Assembly: GCF_009914755.1 (NCBI RefSeq)
Contig: NC_060932.1
DNA length: 64,000 nt
From: the human T2T-CHM13v2.0 reference genome, Homo sapiens
Direction: 5' to 3' (one strand)
Below, in pieces: positions 62,943-64,000 of this stretch (its first letter is position 1; each line of letters starts with the position of its first letter). Both the position numbers and the translations under genes were made by a program. The notes beneath the pieces were generated by a model. The model made no database searches, had not been told where the DNA came from, and saw nothing but the letters and a program-made list of their open reading frames with translations.

Positions 62943-63787
62943 ACACTTATTTTAAAATGTCAGTCCTATCTCCCAAGTTTCAAGAAGGAAAACTCCACTG
63001 GGCGTTCCTGTCAGGGTCCCCATTTCCTTTTCCCAGAGCACTTTTCAAGGTACAGCTCATGTGTTGTAGGAATAGAGGAATAGCAGCATCGACTTGGGAC
63101 TGAGTATTCTGTTGGCCCGAGGACCTGGGTGCTTCTTAAGACCAGAGAGCAAGGGACCACACCAGCAGGAGAAAGAGGGAAAGGCGCTCAGAGGATGTTG
63201 CCATACGAAGTAAGAAACCCAAACAGCTTGGAGGGTGCTAAAGCCCTCTGGGCAGGTAGATATCTGGCTCTTGGATGATTGTGAGATGTGAAACATTTAT
63301 TTATTAGGTTTAGGTCTTTAAAACACCAAAAAGTTCCAAGAGAGCTATAATTTAGGGAAGGCCTTGTTTGTTTGTGGACTCTGGAGAATTGAGAAATTTA
63401 TTATCAGATTCAAAACTTATACACTTGGGTGGGAATCTGTGTGGAATTAAATAGCTTTCTCTCCTGCTAAATAAAGTAACACATGCTCCCTGTAGAAGAT
63501 TTGGAAAAATATGTACAAGTAAATGAAATTCCACTCATAGCCCGTAGATAATAACTTACTGTTTTGGTGACTATATATCTGGTTTTAAAACAGACTGTAT
63601 ATAGGAATATAAGAATAATATTTGGATGATTGAGATCATATTATGTACCATTTCATATCTTTTAAAAAACTTATGATGTGGTGAGTTTTCCCCTCATTCA
63701 TTAAAAATAACCTGAAAACAGAGTTTTTGAATTATTGTGTAATATTTCCTTGTGAGTATGTCCTGTTGTTTATTTAATTATTTTCTG

Positions 63788-64000
63788 GGCCAGGCGCGGT
63801 GGCTCACGCCTGTAATCCCAGCACTTTGGGAGTCCAAGGTGGGTGGATCATGATGTCAGGAGATCGAGACCATCCTGGCCAACATGGTGAAACCCCATCT
63901 CTACTAAAAATACAAAAATCAGCTGGGCGTGGTGGTGCACGCCTGTAGTCCCAGCTACTCAGGAGGCTGAGGCAGGAGAATAGCTTGAACCTGGGAGGCG
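63788..64000 (+). mobile_element. AluS/Y (runs off window)
   Basis: GGCCAGGCGCGGTGGCTCACGCC start. Confidence 0.92.

Overview
Human (primate) genomic DNA, recognisable as chr8p11. The window holds the last two coding exons and ~5-kb 3'UTR of TACC1 (+ strand, C-terminal TACC coiled coil, stop at 3035-3037, poly(A) signal 8013-8018). A ~48-kb repeat-dense intergenic stretch follows (about 50 Alu pieces, solo LTR17/HERV-W, MER41A and MER34-family LTRs, MLT1, MER1B, Tigger1, MER5A, MER58, L1/L2/MIR relics, microsatellites). Then come the CpG-island promoter, non-coding exon 1 and start of intron 1 of the next + strand gene, most likely PLEKHA2 (TAPP2). Nearly all long ORFs in the track are Alu, low-complexity or GC-island artefacts. 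I see no new multi-gene system. The best novelties are small-scale: a duplicated 36-bp unit forming two candidate poison micro-exons in TACC1, an alternative last-exon acceptor, an ATG-TAA start-stop element in the PLEKHA2 leader, a ~50-nt orphan poly(A)-tailed retro-insertion inside an Alu, a recent 133-bp intra-Alu duplication, a ~95%-identical duplicated MIR core, and a triplicated YY1-motif unit in the HERV-W LTR. Repeat family names come from recalled consensus sequences, and repeat boundaries are approximate unless a target-site duplication (TSD) is given.
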